Shown here: positions 14,703 to 27,925 of the stretch, one piece after another
Layout of the letters: every line of letters begins with the position of its first letter
How positions within the stretch are numbered: the stretch's first letter is position 1
NCBI RefSeq assembly: GCF_009914755.1
Contig: NC_060946.1
Origin: the human T2T-CHM13v2.0 reference genome, Homo sapiens
DNA: 64,000 nucleotides
Direction: 5' to 3' (one strand)
Notes under the pieces: model-generated
The model's input: only the letters and a program-made list of their open reading frames with translations
Told to the model about the DNA's origin: nothing
Database searches by the model: none
Program-made: the position numbers and the translations under genes

Positions 14703-17700
14703 CATTCCACCCCTTTACTTTCCATTCCTTTCTTTCAACAGGATTTCACTCTGTCACCCAGGCTGGAGTGCAGTGGCACAATCTCAGCTCACATTTTATT
14801 TCACCAATCCTTTCCATTCCATTGCATTCCATTCCACTACATTCCATACCACTCCATTCCATTCCACTCCATTCTATTCCATTCCATTCTTTTGACATGA
14901 TCCCACTCTGTCCTTCATGTTGGAGTGCAGTGGGACAATCTCAGCTCATATTTCATTTCACCATTCCATTCCATTCCACTCCATTCCACGGCACTCCACT
15001 CGTTTCCACTCCATTCCATTCCATCTCATTCTATTTAATTCCATTCTACTCCACTCCACTCTACTCCACTCCATTACATTACATCCCATTCCATTCCACT
15101 CTACTCCACTCCACTCCACCCCACTCCACTCCATTCCATTCCATTCCATTCCACTCCACCCAACTCCACTCCATTCCATTCTATTCCATTCCATTCCTTT
15201 CCACTGCATTCCATTCCACTCCCCTCCACTTCACTCCACTCCATTCCATTCCACTCCATTCCATTCCATTCCATTCCTTACATTCAACAAAATCTCACTC
15301 TGTCACCCAATCTGGAGTGCAGTAGCACAATCTTAGCTCACATTTCATTTCACCACTCCATTCCATTCCATTCCATTCAACTCCATTCCACTGCACTTCA
15401 GTCCACTCCATTCCATTCAATTCCATACCACTCCCTTCCACTCCAGTCCACCCCATTCCACTCCACTCCATTCCATTCCATTCTTTCCATTCCACTCCAT
15501 TTCACCCCTCTCCACTACACTCCACTCAACTGCACTCCATTCCATTCCACTCTGTCCCATTCCATTCCACTCCATTCCACTCCACTACACTCAACTGCAC
15601 TCCATTCCATTCCACTCTGTCCCATTCCATTCCACTCCACTCCACTCCACTCAATTCCATTCCATTCCTTTCCTTTCTTTGGACAGGATCTCACTCTGTC
15701 ACCCAGGCTGGAGTCCATTGGCACAAACTCAGCTCACATTTCATATCACCATTCCATTCCATTGCATTCCATTCCATTCCATTGCATTCCATTCCATTCC
15801 ATTCCGTTCCATTGCATTTCATTCCATTCTATTCCATTCCATTCCATTCCACTCCATTCCACTCCACTCCACTCCACTCTACTCCACTCCTTTACATCCC
15901 ATTCCATTCCACTCCATTCCACTTCACTCCACTCTACCCTAATCCACTCCATTCCATTCCATTCCATCCCATTCCAATACACTATCTTTTACTCCACTCC
16001 AATACATTCCACTCCAGTCCATGCCACCAGACTCCATTCCATTGCATTCTTTCTTTTGACATAATCCCACTCTTTCACCCAGTCTGGAGCAAAGTGGCAC
16101 AAACGCAGCTCACATTTCATTTCTCCATTCCATTCCATCCCATTCCATTCCACTCCCTTCCACTCTACTGCATTCAGTTCCACTCCATTCCACTCTATTC
16201 CATTCCATTCTATTTCATTCCAATCCATTCCCTTCCTGTCTTTTCTTTCAACAGGTTCTCACTCTGTCAACCAGGCTGGAGTGAATTTGCACAATCTTGG
16301 CCCATATTTCAGTTCACCATTCAATTCCATTCCCTTCCATTGCATTCCATTCCATTCCATTGCATTGCATTCCATTCCATTCCTTTCCATTCCACTCCCC
16401 TCCACTCCTCCACTCTACTCCACTCCACTGCATTCCATTCAATTATGTCCCTTTCCATTCCACTCCCCTCCACTCCACTCCACTCCATTCCATCCCATTC
16501 CTTTCCACTCCATTTCACTCCACTCCACTCCTCTCCATTCCATTCCACTCCATCCCATTCCATTCCCCTCCCCTCCATTCCACTCCACTCCACTCCATCC
16601 GATTCCATTCCATTCCATTCCATTCCTTTCCATTCCATTCCATTCCATTCCACTCCTTTCTTTCGTCAGGGTCTCACTCTGTCACCCAGGATGGAGTGCA
16701 GTGTCATAATCTCAGCTAACATTTAATTTCACGATTCCATACCATTCCATTCCACTCAATGTCGTTCCTTCCATTCCACTCCATTCTACTCCACTCCAAT
16801 CCACTTCTCTCCACTCCATTACATTCCACTCCATTCCACTATGCTCTTCTCCACTCCACTCCACTCCGTTCCATTCCATGTCATTCAATTCCACCCAAAT
16901 GCACTCCACCCCACTCCACTCCACTCCTCTCCACTCCATTCCATTCTGCTCCACCCCATTCCATTCCACTCCATTCCACTCCACTCCAATCCAGTTCACT
17001 CCACTCCACTCAAATCCACTCCAATCCACTCCATTGCATTCCATTCCACTCCATCTGTTTCCATTACTTTCTTTCGACAGGATCTCACTCTGTCACCCAG
17101 GCTGGAGTTCAGTGGCACGATCTCAGCTCACATTTCATTTCACCATTCCATTCCATTCCATTCCATTCCATTCCATTCCATTCCATTCCACTCCTATCCA
17201 CTCCACTCCTTTCCCCTCCACTCCACTGCACTCCATTCCATTCCACTCCACTCCACTCCATTCCTTTCCATCCCATTCCATTACACTCCATTGCACTATA
17301 CTCCACTCCACTCCACTACTCACCACTCCATTCCATTCCCTTTCATTCCACTCCTTTCCATTCCATTCCTTTCTTTTGACAGGATCTCACTCTGTCACCC
17401 AGGCTGGAGTGCAGTGGCGCAATCACAGCTCACATTTCATTTCATCATTCCATTCCATTCCATTCCATTCCATTCCATTCCATTCCATACCACCACATTA
17501 GCTTCCACTCCACTCCACTCCACTCCACTCTGTTCCATTCCATATCATTCCATTCCATTTCATTCCAATTCACTCTACTATACTCCTTTCCACCCCACTC
17601 CACTCCACTCCATTCCATTGCATCCAATTGCATTCCAATCCACTCCTCTCCCCTCGAGTCCACTCCATTCCTCTCCACTCTACTCCATCCTATTGCATCC

Positions 17701-18445
17701 AATTTCATTCCACTACACTCCTCTCCCCTCAACTCCACTCCACTCCCCTCCACTTCTTTCCATTTTGTACCATCCCACTCCATACCATTCCACTCCACTC
17801 CACTTCACTTCACTCTGCTCCACTCCATTAGATTCCATTCCATTCCTTCCCACTCCATTCCATTCCACTCCATTCCACTTTACTCCATTCCATTCTATTC
17901 CATTCCATTCCACTCCATTCCTTTCCATTCCTTATATTCGACAGCATGGCACTCTGTTACCCAGTCTGGAGTGCAGTGGCACAATCTCAGCTCACATTTC
18001 ATTTCACCATTCCATTGCATTCCATTCTACTCCATTCCGTTTCACTCCACTCCACTCCCCTCCATTCCATTCCGTTCCACTCCATTCCACTCCACTCCAC
18101 TCAACTCCACTCCACTTCATTCCATTCCTTCCCATTCCATTCCACTCCACTCCACTCCACTCCATCCCATTCCATTGCATTGCATTTCACTCCATTCTAT
18201 TCCTTTCCTTTCTTTCGACAAGATCTGACTCTGTCACACAGGCTGGAGTGCAGTGGCACAATGTCAGCTCACATTTCATTTCACCATTGCATTCAATTTC
18301 ATTCCATTACGTCCATTCCACTCCACTCCATTCCATTACACTCCACTCCACTACACTGCTCTCCACTCCATCCTATTCCGTTCCACTCCACTCAACTCCA
18401 CTGAACTCCACTCCACTCCATTCCATTCCATTCCACTCCATTCCA

Positions 18446-21400
18446 TTCCGTTTCCAACGAAGGCCTCAAAGTAGTCCAAATATCCAACTGCAGAATCTAC
18501 GAAAAGAGTTTTTCAAAACTGCTGTATGAAAAGCTACTTTCAACTCTGTGAGTTGAATGCAAATATCCAAAGAATTTTGTGAGAATGCTTCTGTCTGGTT
18601 TTTATGTGAAGATATTACCTTTTCCATCATAGGCCTCAAAGATCACCAAAGGTACACTTGCAGATTACACAAAAACAGTGTTTTAAACTGCTATATAAAA
18701 AGAAAGGTTCAACTTTGTCAGTTGAATGTGCTCATCACACAAAAGTTTCTGAGAATGCTACTGTCTTATATGTGAAGATATTCCCGTTTCCAAAGAAGGC
18801 CTCAAAGCCGTCCAAATATCGACTTGCAGTTTCTACAAAAAGAGTGTTTCAGAGCTGCTCTATGAATAGGTATGTTCAACTCTGTGAGTTGAATGCAAAC
18901 ATCACAAAGAAGTTTCTGAGAATGCTTCTGTCTGGTTTTTATGTGAAGATATTTCCTTTTCCACCATAAGCCTCGAAGCACTACAAATGTTCACTTGCAG
19001 ATTCTACAAAAAGACTTTTTCAAAACTGCTCTACCAAAAGAAAGGTTCAACTCTGTGTGTTGAATGTACACATCACAAAGAAATTTCTGAGAATGCTTCT
19101 GTCCAGTTTATATGTGAAGATATTTCCTTTTTCACCGTAGGCCACAAAGCTCTCCAAATGACCACTTGCAGATTTAACTAAAAGATTGTTTCATAACTGC
19201 TCTATCAAAAGAAAGGTTCAACTCCATGAGTTGAATGCACACATCTCAAAGAAGTGTCTGAGAATGCTTCTGTCTAGATTTTATGTATAGATATTCCCGA
19301 TTCCAACGAAGTCCTCAAATTAGTCCAAATATCCAATTGCAGATCTACGAAAAGAGTGTTTCAAAGCTGCTGAATGAAAAGTTAGGTTCAACTCTGTGAG
19401 TTGAATGCAAACATCACAAAGAAATTTGTGCGAAGGCTTCTGTCTGATTTTTATGTGAAGATATTTCATTTTCCACCATAGGCCTCAAAGCTCATCAAAT
19501 GGACACTTGCAGATTCTACAAAAAAAGTGTTTCAAAACTTCTCTATCAAAAGAAAGGTTCACCTCTGTCAGTTGAATGTACTCATCACAAAGAAGTTTCT
19601 GAGAATGCTTCTCTCTAGCTTATATGTGAAGATATTCCAGTTTCCAACGAAGGCCTCAAAGTCGACCAAATATCCACTTGCAGATTCTATGAAAAGAGGG
19701 TTCCAGAACTGCTCTATGAATAGGTATGTTCAACTTTGTGAGTTGAAAGCAAACATCACAAAGAAGTTTCTGAGAATGCTTCTGTCTGGTTTTTATGTGA
19801 AGATATTTCCTTTTTCACATTCGGCCTCAAAGCACTACAAATGTCCATTTGCAGATTCTACAAAAAGAGTGTTTCAAAACAGCTCTATCGAAAAAAAGGT
19901 TCAAATCTGTGAGTTGAATGCACACATCAGAAAGAAGTTTCTGAGAATGCTTCTGTCTAGATTTTATGAGAAGATATTCCCGTTTCCAACGAAGGCCTCA
20001 AAGCAGTTCGAATATCCACTTGCAGATTCTACGAAAAGAGTGTTTCAGAACTGCTCTATGAACAGGTATGTTCAACTCTGTGAGTTCAAAGCAAACATCA
20101 CAAAGAAGCTTTTGAGAATGCTTCTCTCTGGTTTTTATGTGAAGATATTTCCTTTTCCACTATAGGCCTCAAAGCATTACAAATGTTCACTTGCAGATTC
20201 TACAAAAAGAGTGTTTCAAAACTGCTCTATCAAAAGAAAGGTTCAACTCTGTGAGTTGAATGCACACATCACAAATAAGTTTCCGAGAATGCTTCTGTGC
20301 AGTTTTTATGTGAAGATATTCTCTTTTCCAACGAAGGCCTCAAAGCAGTCTAAATATCCACTTGTAGAGTCTACGAAACTGTGTTTCAAAACTGCTCTAT
20401 GAAAAGTTACGTTCACCTCTTTGATTTCAAGGCAAACATCACAAGGAAGTTTCTGAGAATGCTTCTGCCTGTTTTTTATGTGAAGATATTTCTTTTTCCA
20501 CCATTGGCTTCAAAGCTTTCCAAATGTCCACTTGCAGATATTACAAAAAGAGTGTTTCAAAACTGCACTAACAGAGGAAAATTTCAACTCTGTGAGTGAA
20601 ATGCACACATCACAAAGAAGTTTCTGAGAATTCTTCTGTCTAGTTTTTATGTGAAGATATTTCCTTTTCCACCGTAGGCTTCAAAGCTATCCAAATGTCC
20701 ACTCGCAGATTGTACCAACAGTGTTTCAAAACTGCTCTATCAAAAGAAAGGTTCAACTCTGTGAGTAGAATGCACACATCACAAAGAAGTTTCTGAGAAT
20801 GCTTCTGTCTAGATTTTATATGAAGATATTCCCATTTCCAATGAAGCCTCAAAGCATTCTAAATATCCACTTGCAGATTCTACGAAAAGAGTGATTCAAA
20901 ACTCCTCTATGAACAGGTATGTTTAACTCTGTGAGTAGAATGGAAACATCACAAAGTAGTTTCTCAGAATGCTTCTGTCTTTTTGTTATGTGAAGATATA
21001 TCCTTTTCAACCAAAGGCATCAAAGCTTTCCAAATGTCCACTTCCAGATTCTACAAAAAGAGTGTTTCATAACTGCTCTAATCAAAAGAAAGGTTCAACT
21101 CCGTGAGTTGAATGCACACATCACAGAGAACTTTCTGAGAATGCTTCTGTCTAGATTTTATGTGAAAATATTCCCGTTTCCAACGAAGGACTCAAAGCTG
21201 TCTAAATATCCACATGCAGATTCTACGAAAAGAGTGTTTCAAAACTGCTGTATGAAAAGGTGTGTTCAACTGTGTGAGTTGAATGCAAATGTCACAAAGA
21301 AATTTGTGAGAATGCTTCTGTCTGGTTTTTATGTGAAGATATTCCCTTTTCCACCATATGTCTCAAAACTCACCAAATGTACGCTTGCAGATTCTACAAA

Positions 21401-24400
21401 AAGAGTGTTTCAAAACTGCTCTATCAAAACAAAGGTTCAACTCTGTCAGTTGAATGTACTCATCACAAAGAAGTTTCTCAGAATGCTTCCGTCTAGCTTA
21501 GATGTGAAGAAATTCCCGTTTCCTACGGAACCCTCAAAGCCGTACAAATATCCCCTTACAGATAAACTACAAAAAGAGTGTTTCAGAACTGCTCTATGAA
21601 TAGGTATGTTCAACTCTGTGATTTGAATGCAAACATCACAAAGAAGTTTCTGAGAATGCTTCTGTCTGGTTTCTATGTGAAGATATATCCTTTTCCACCA
21701 TAGGCCTCAAAGCACTAGAAATGTTCACTTTCAGATTCTACAAGAAGAGTGTTTCAAAACTGCTCTATCAAAAGAAAGGTTCAACTCTGTGAGTAGAATG
21801 CACACATCTCAAAGAAGTTTCTGAGAATGCTTCTGTCTAGATATTATGTGAAGATATTTCCGTTTCCAAACAAGGCCTCAAAGTATTCCAAATAACCAAT
21901 TGTAGATTTACGAAAATAGTCTTTCAAAACTGCAGTATGAAAAGATAGGTTCAACTCTGTGCATTGAATGCAAACATCACAAAGAAGTTTCTGAGAATGC
22001 TTCTGTCTAGCTTATATGTGAAGATATTCCGTTTCCAACGAAGGCCCCAAAGCCATCCAAATATCCTCTTGCAGATACTGCGAAAAGTTTTTCAGAACTC
22101 CTCTATGAATAGATATATTCAACTCTGTGAGTTGAATGCAAACATCACACAGTAGTTTCTGAGAATGCTTCTATGTGGTTTTTATGTGAAGATATATCCT
22201 TTTCCACCATAGTCCTCAAAGCACTCCAAATGTCCACTTCCAGATTCTACAAAAGAGTGTTTCAAAACTGCTCTATCAAAAGAAAGGTTCAACTCTGTGA
22301 GTTGAATGCATACATCTCAAAGAAGTTTCTGAGAATGCTTCTGTCTAGGTTTTATGTGAAGATATTCCCGTTTCCAACGAAGGCCTCAAAGCTGTCCAAA
22401 TACCCACTTGCAGATTCTACAAAAAGAGTGTTTCAAAACTGCCGTATGAAAAGGTATGTTCAACTCTGTGAGTTGAATGCAAACATCACAAAGCAGTTTG
22501 TGAGAATGCTTCTGTCTGGTTTTTATGTGAAGATATTTCCTTTTCCACCATAGGCCTCAAATTTCACCAAATGTACACTTGCAGATTCTACAAAAAGACT
22601 GTCTCAAAACTGCTCTATTAAAAGAAAGGTTCAACTCTGTCAGTTGAATGTACTCAAAACAAAGAAGTTTCTGAGAATGCTTCTGTCTTGTTTTTGTGTG
22701 AAGATATTCCCCATTCCAACGAAGGCCTCAAAGCAGTCTAAATATTCACTTGCAGATTCTACGAAAACAGTGTTTAAAAATTGCTCTATTAAAACTTATG
22801 TTCAACTCTGTGAGTTGAATGCAACATCACAAAGATGTTCTGACCATGCTTCTGTCTGGTTTTTATGTGAAGATATTTCCTTTTCCACCGTAGAACTCAA
22901 AGATTTCCAAATGTCAACTTGCAGATTCCACAAAAACAGTGTTTCAAAACTGCTCTATCAAAAGAAAGGTTCAACTCTGTGAGTTGAATACACACATCTC
23001 CAAGAATTTTCTGAGAATGCTTCTGCCTAGATTTTATGTGAAGATATTCCCGTTTCTAATGTAGGCCACAAAGTAGTCCAAATATCCAAATGCAGATTCT
23101 ACAAAAGAGTGTTTCAAAACTGCTTTATCAAAAGAAAGCTTCAACTCTGTGAGTTGAATGCATATGTGACAAAGGAGTTCCTGAGAATGCTTCTGTCCAG
23201 TTTTTATGTGAAGATATTCCCGTTTCCAACGAAGGCCTCAAAGCAGTCTAAATATCCACTTGCAGATTCTACAAAAAGAGAGTTTCAAAACTTCTCTAAC
23301 AAAAGAAAATTTCAACTCTGTGAGTAAATGAGCACTTCACAAAGTAGTTTCTGAGAATGCTTCTGTCTAGCTTTTATATGAAGATATTTCCTTTTCCACC
23401 ATAGGCTTCAAAGCTCTCCAAATGTCCACTCACAGATTTTACCAAAAGAGTGTTTCAAAACTGCTCTATCAAAAGAAAGGTTCAACTCTGTGAGTTGAAT
23501 GCACACATCACAAAGAAGTTTCTGAGAATGCTTCCGTCTATATTTTATGTGAGGATATTCCCGTTTCCAACAAAGACCTCAAAGCAATCCAAATAGCAAC
23601 CTATAGATTCTAGGAAAAGAGTATTTCAGATCTCCTCTCTGAACAGGTATTTTCAACTCTGTGAGTTGAATGCAAACATCACAAAGTGGTTTCTGAGAAT
23701 GCTTCTCTCTGGTTTTATGTGAAGATATGTCCTTTTAAATCATAGGTCTCAAAGCTCTCCAAATGTCCGCTTCCAGATTCTACAAAAAGAGTGTCTCAAA
23801 ACTGCTCTATGAGATGTATGTTCAACTCTGTGAGTTGAATGCACACATCACAAAGAAGTTTCTGAGAAAGCTTCTGTCTAGATTTTATGTGAAGATATTC
23901 CCGTTTCCAACGAAGGCCTCAAATTGGTCCAAATAAGCAATTGCAGATTCTACGAAAAGAGCGTTTCAAAACTGCTGTATGAAAAGGTAGGTTCAACTCT
24001 GTGAGTTGAATGCAAACATCAGAAATAAGTTTCTGAGAATGCTTCTGTCTGCTTTTTATGTGAAGATATTTCCATTTCCACCACAGGCCTCAAAGATTTC
24101 CATATGTCCACTTGCAGATTCTACAAAGAAGTGTATCAAAACTGCTCTATCAAAAGAAAGGTTCAACTCTGTGTGTTGAATGCACACATCACAAAGAAGT
24201 CTCTGGGAATGCTTCTGCCTAGATTTTATGTGAAGTTATTCCTGTTTCCAACGAAGGCCTCAAAGTAGTCCAAATATCTGATTGCAGATTCTACAAAAAG
24301 AGAGTTTCAAAACCGCAGTATGAAAACATAGATTCAACTCTGTGATTTGAAGGCAAACATCACAAAGAAGTTTCTGAGAATACTTTAATCTGGTTTTTAT

Positions 24401-27400
24401 GTGAACATATTTCCGTTTCCACTATAGGCCTCAAAGCTTTCCATATTTCCACTTGCAGATTCTAGGAAATGATTGTTGCAGAACTCCTCTATGAACAATT
24501 ATGTTCAACACTGTGAGTTGAATGCAAACGTCACAAAGTAGTTTCTGAGAATGCTTCTGTCTGGTTTTATATGAAGATATTTCCTTTTCCACCATAAGCC
24601 TCAAAGCTCACAAATTCTACACTTGCAGATTCTACAAAAGGAGTGTTTGAAACTGCTCTATCAAAATAACGGTTCAACTCCGTGAGTTTAATGCACATAT
24701 CACAAAGTACTTTATGAGAATGCTTCTTGTCTATATTATATGTGAAGATATTCCAGTTTCCAAAGAAGGCCTCAAGGTAGTCCAAATGTCCAAATGCAGA
24801 TACTACGAAAAGAGTGTTTCCAAACTGCTGTATGAAAAAGTAGGTTCAACTCTGTGAGTTGAATGCACACATCACAAAGAAGTTTCTGGGAATGCTTCTG
24901 TCTGGTTTTTATGTGAAGATACTTCCTTTTCCACCATAGGCCTCAAAGCTTTCCATATATCCACTTGCAGATTCTACAAAAAGAGTGGTTCAAAACTACT
25001 TTATCAAAAGAAAGGTTCCACTCTGTGAGTTGAATGCCACATCACAAAGAAGTTTATGATAATGCTTCTGTCTAGTTTTTATGTGAAGATATTCCCTTTT
25101 CCAACGAAGGCCTCAAAGCAATCCAAATATCCATTTGCAGATTCTAGGAAAAGAGTGTTTCAAAACTATTCTATGAACAGGTATGCTCAACTCTGTTCGT
25201 TGAATGCGAACTTCACAAAGAAGTTTCTGAGAATGCTTCTGTCTTGTTTTTACGTGAAGATATTTCCTTTTTCACAAAAGACCTCAAAGCTCTCCAAATG
25301 TCCACTTGCAGATTCTACAAAAAGTGTGTTTCAAAACTGCTCTATCAAAAGAAAGGTTCAACTCTGTGAGTTGAATGCACACATCACAAAGAAGTTTCTG
25401 AGAATGCTTCTGTCTAGATTTTATGTGAAGATATTCCCGTTTCCAATGAAGGCCTCAAAGCAGTCCAAATATCCACTTGCAGATTCTACGAAAACAGTGT
25501 TTTGAAACTGCTGTATGAAAAGATATGTTCAACTCTGTGAGTTGAATACAAACATCACAAAGAAATTTCTGAGAATGCTTCTGTCTGGTTTTTATGTGAA
25601 GATATTTCCTTTTCCTCCATAGGTCCCAAAGCTCTCCAAATGTACACTTGCAGATCCTACAAAAAGAGTGGTTTAAAACTGCTCTATCAAAAGAAAGATT
25701 CAACTGTCTGAGTTGAATGCAAACATCTCCAAGAAGTTTCTGAGAATGCTTCTGTCTAGTTTTCATGTGAACATATTTCCTTTTCCACCTCAGGCCTCAT
25801 AGCTTTTCAAAGGTCCACTTGCAGATTCTACAAAAAGAGTGTTTCAAAACTGCTCTATCAAAAGAAATCTCAACTCTGTGAGTTGAATGGACACATCACA
25901 AAGAAGTTTCTGAGAATGCTTCTGTCTAGTTTATTGGTGAAGATGTTCCCATTTCAAACGAAGGCCTCAAGGCAGTCCAAATATCCACTTGCGGATTCTA
26001 TGAAAAGAGAGTTTCAAAACTGCTGTATAAAAAGGTATATTCAACTCTGTGAGTTGAATGCAGACATCACAAAGAAGTTTCTGAGAATGCTTCTGTCTGG
26101 TTTTTATGTGAAGATATTTCCTTTTCCACCACAGGCGTCAAAGCTCTCCAAATGTACACTTGCAGATACTACAAAAAGAGTGTTTCCAAACTGCTGTATG
26201 AAAAGGTAGGTTCAACACTGTGAATTGAATGCAAACATCACAAAGATGTTTCTGAGAATGCTTCTGTCTGGTTTTTATGTGAAGATATTTCATTTTCCAC
26301 CATAGGCCTCAAAGCTTTCCATATATCCACTTGCAGATTCTACAAAAAGAGTGTTTCAAAACAGCTCTATGAAAAGATATGTTCAACTCGGCGAGTTGAA
26401 TGCAAACATCACAAAGAAGTTTCTGAGAATGCTTCTGTCTCGTTTTTATGTGAAGATATTTCCTTTTCCACCATAGGCCTCAAAGCTTTACAAATGTCCA
26501 CTTGCAGTTTCTACAAAAAGTGTCTTTCAAAACTGTTCTATCAGAAGAAACTTTCAACTCTGTAAGTTGAATGCACACATCACAAAGAAGTTTCTGAGAA
26601 TGCTTCTGTCTAGATTTTATGTGAAGATATTCCCATTTCCAACGAAGGCCTCAAAGCAGTCCAATTATCCACTTGCAGATTCGACGAAAGGAGTGTTTCA
26701 AAACTGTTCACTGAACAGGTATGTTCTACTCTGTGGGTTGAATGCGAACAACACAAAGAAGTTTCTGAGAATGCTTCTGTCTAGATTTTATGTGAAGATA
26801 TTCCTGTTTCCAACGAAGGCCTCAAAGCAGTCCAAATATACTGTTGCAGATTCTACAAAAAGGGAGTTTCAGAACTGCTCTGTGAGCAGGTATGTTCAAC
26901 TCTGTGAGTTGAATGCAAACATCACAAAATCTTTGTGAGAATCCTTCTGTCTGGTTATTATGTGAAGATATTTCATTTTCCAACATAGGCCTCAAACCAC
27001 TACAAATGTTCAATTGCGGATTCTACAAAAAGACTGTTTCAAAGCTGCTCAATCAAAAGAAAGGTTTAACTATGTGAGTGGAGTGCATACATCACAAAGA
27101 AGTTTCTGAGAATGCTTCTGTCTAGTTTTATGTGAAGATATTTCCTATTCCACCGTAAGATTCAAAGCTCTCCAAATGTCCACTTGCAGATTTTACAAAA
27201 AGAATGTTTCAAAACTGCTCTATCAAAAGAAATGTTCAACTCTGTGAGTTGAATGCACACATCACAAAGTAGTTTCTGAGAATGCTTCTGTCTGGTTTTT
27301 ATGAGAAGATATTTCCTTTTCCACCATAGGCCACAAAGATTTCCAAATATCCACTTGCAAATTCTACAAAAAGATTGTTTCAAAATTGCTCTATCAAAAG

Positions 27401-27925
27401 AAAGGTTCCACTTTGTGAGTTGAATGCCACATCACAGAGAAGTTTATGAGAATGCTTCTGTCTAGATTTTATGTGAAGATATTCCCATTTCCAAAGAATG
27501 CCTCAAAGTAGTCCAAATATCAAATGTCAGATTCTACGAAAAGACTGTTTCAAAACTGCTGTATGAAAAGGTAGGTTCAACCCTGTGAGTTGAATGCACA
27601 CATAACAAAGAAGTTTCTGAGAATGCTTCTGTCTGGTTTTTGTGTGAAGATATTTCCTTTTCCTCCATAGGCCTCAAAGCTCTCCAAATGTACACTTGCA
27701 GATACTACTAAAAGAGTGTTTCAAAACTGCTCTATCTAAAGAAAGGTTCAACTCTGTGAGTTGAATGCACACATCACAAAGAAGTTTCTGAGAATGCTTC
27801 TGTCTAGATTTTATGGTCAGATATTCCCATTTCCAACGAAGCCCTCAAAGTAGTCCAAATATCCAACTGCAGATTCTACAAAAAGGTTGTTTCAAAACTG
27901 CTCTAAGAATAGATATGTTAAACTC
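18446..27925 (-). repeat. Alpha satellite (~171-bp monomers), divergent mixed A/B type (SF5/R1R2-like), reverse orientation
   Basis: Recurrent AAGAAGTTTCTGAGAATGCTTCTGTCT and TTCAACTCTGTGAGTTGAATG. Irregular alternation of A-type (TTCCTTTTCCACCATAGG) and B-type (TTCCCGTTTCCAACGAAGG) boxes. The SF5 label is inferred. Confidence 0.95.
19978..19994 (-). promoter_or_regulatory. CENP-B box (representative; others at 21172, 22366, 23218, 23899)
   Basis: TCCCGTTTCCAACGAAG is the reverse complement of the canonical YTTCGTTGGAARCGGGA. Confidence 0.9.

Larger units (their letters stand above)
1..18449 (+). repeat. HSat3-type (CATTC/CACTC)n satellite array with ~50 embedded Alu fragments (composite satellite); continues beyond the left edge
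   Basis: Continuous degenerate CATTC and CACTC pentamers, pyrimidine-rich on +. Interrupted mostly every ~250-600 bp by GACAGGATCTCACTCTGTCACCCAGGCTGGAGTGCAGTGGCACAATCTCAGCTCAC followed by ATTTCATTTCACC. Confidence 0.96.

Noticed and set aside
1-18300. CRISPR-like array (constant 56-bp repeat with variable spacers)
   Set aside because: The repeat is an Alu fragment, the spacers are long mutually homologous satellite, there are no cas genes, and the context is primate.
172-18529. Long His/Ser/Pro-rich and MEWNG-repeat ORFs (up to 885 aa)
   Set aside because: Translations of stop-poor pentamer satellite, open in several frames at once; not genes.
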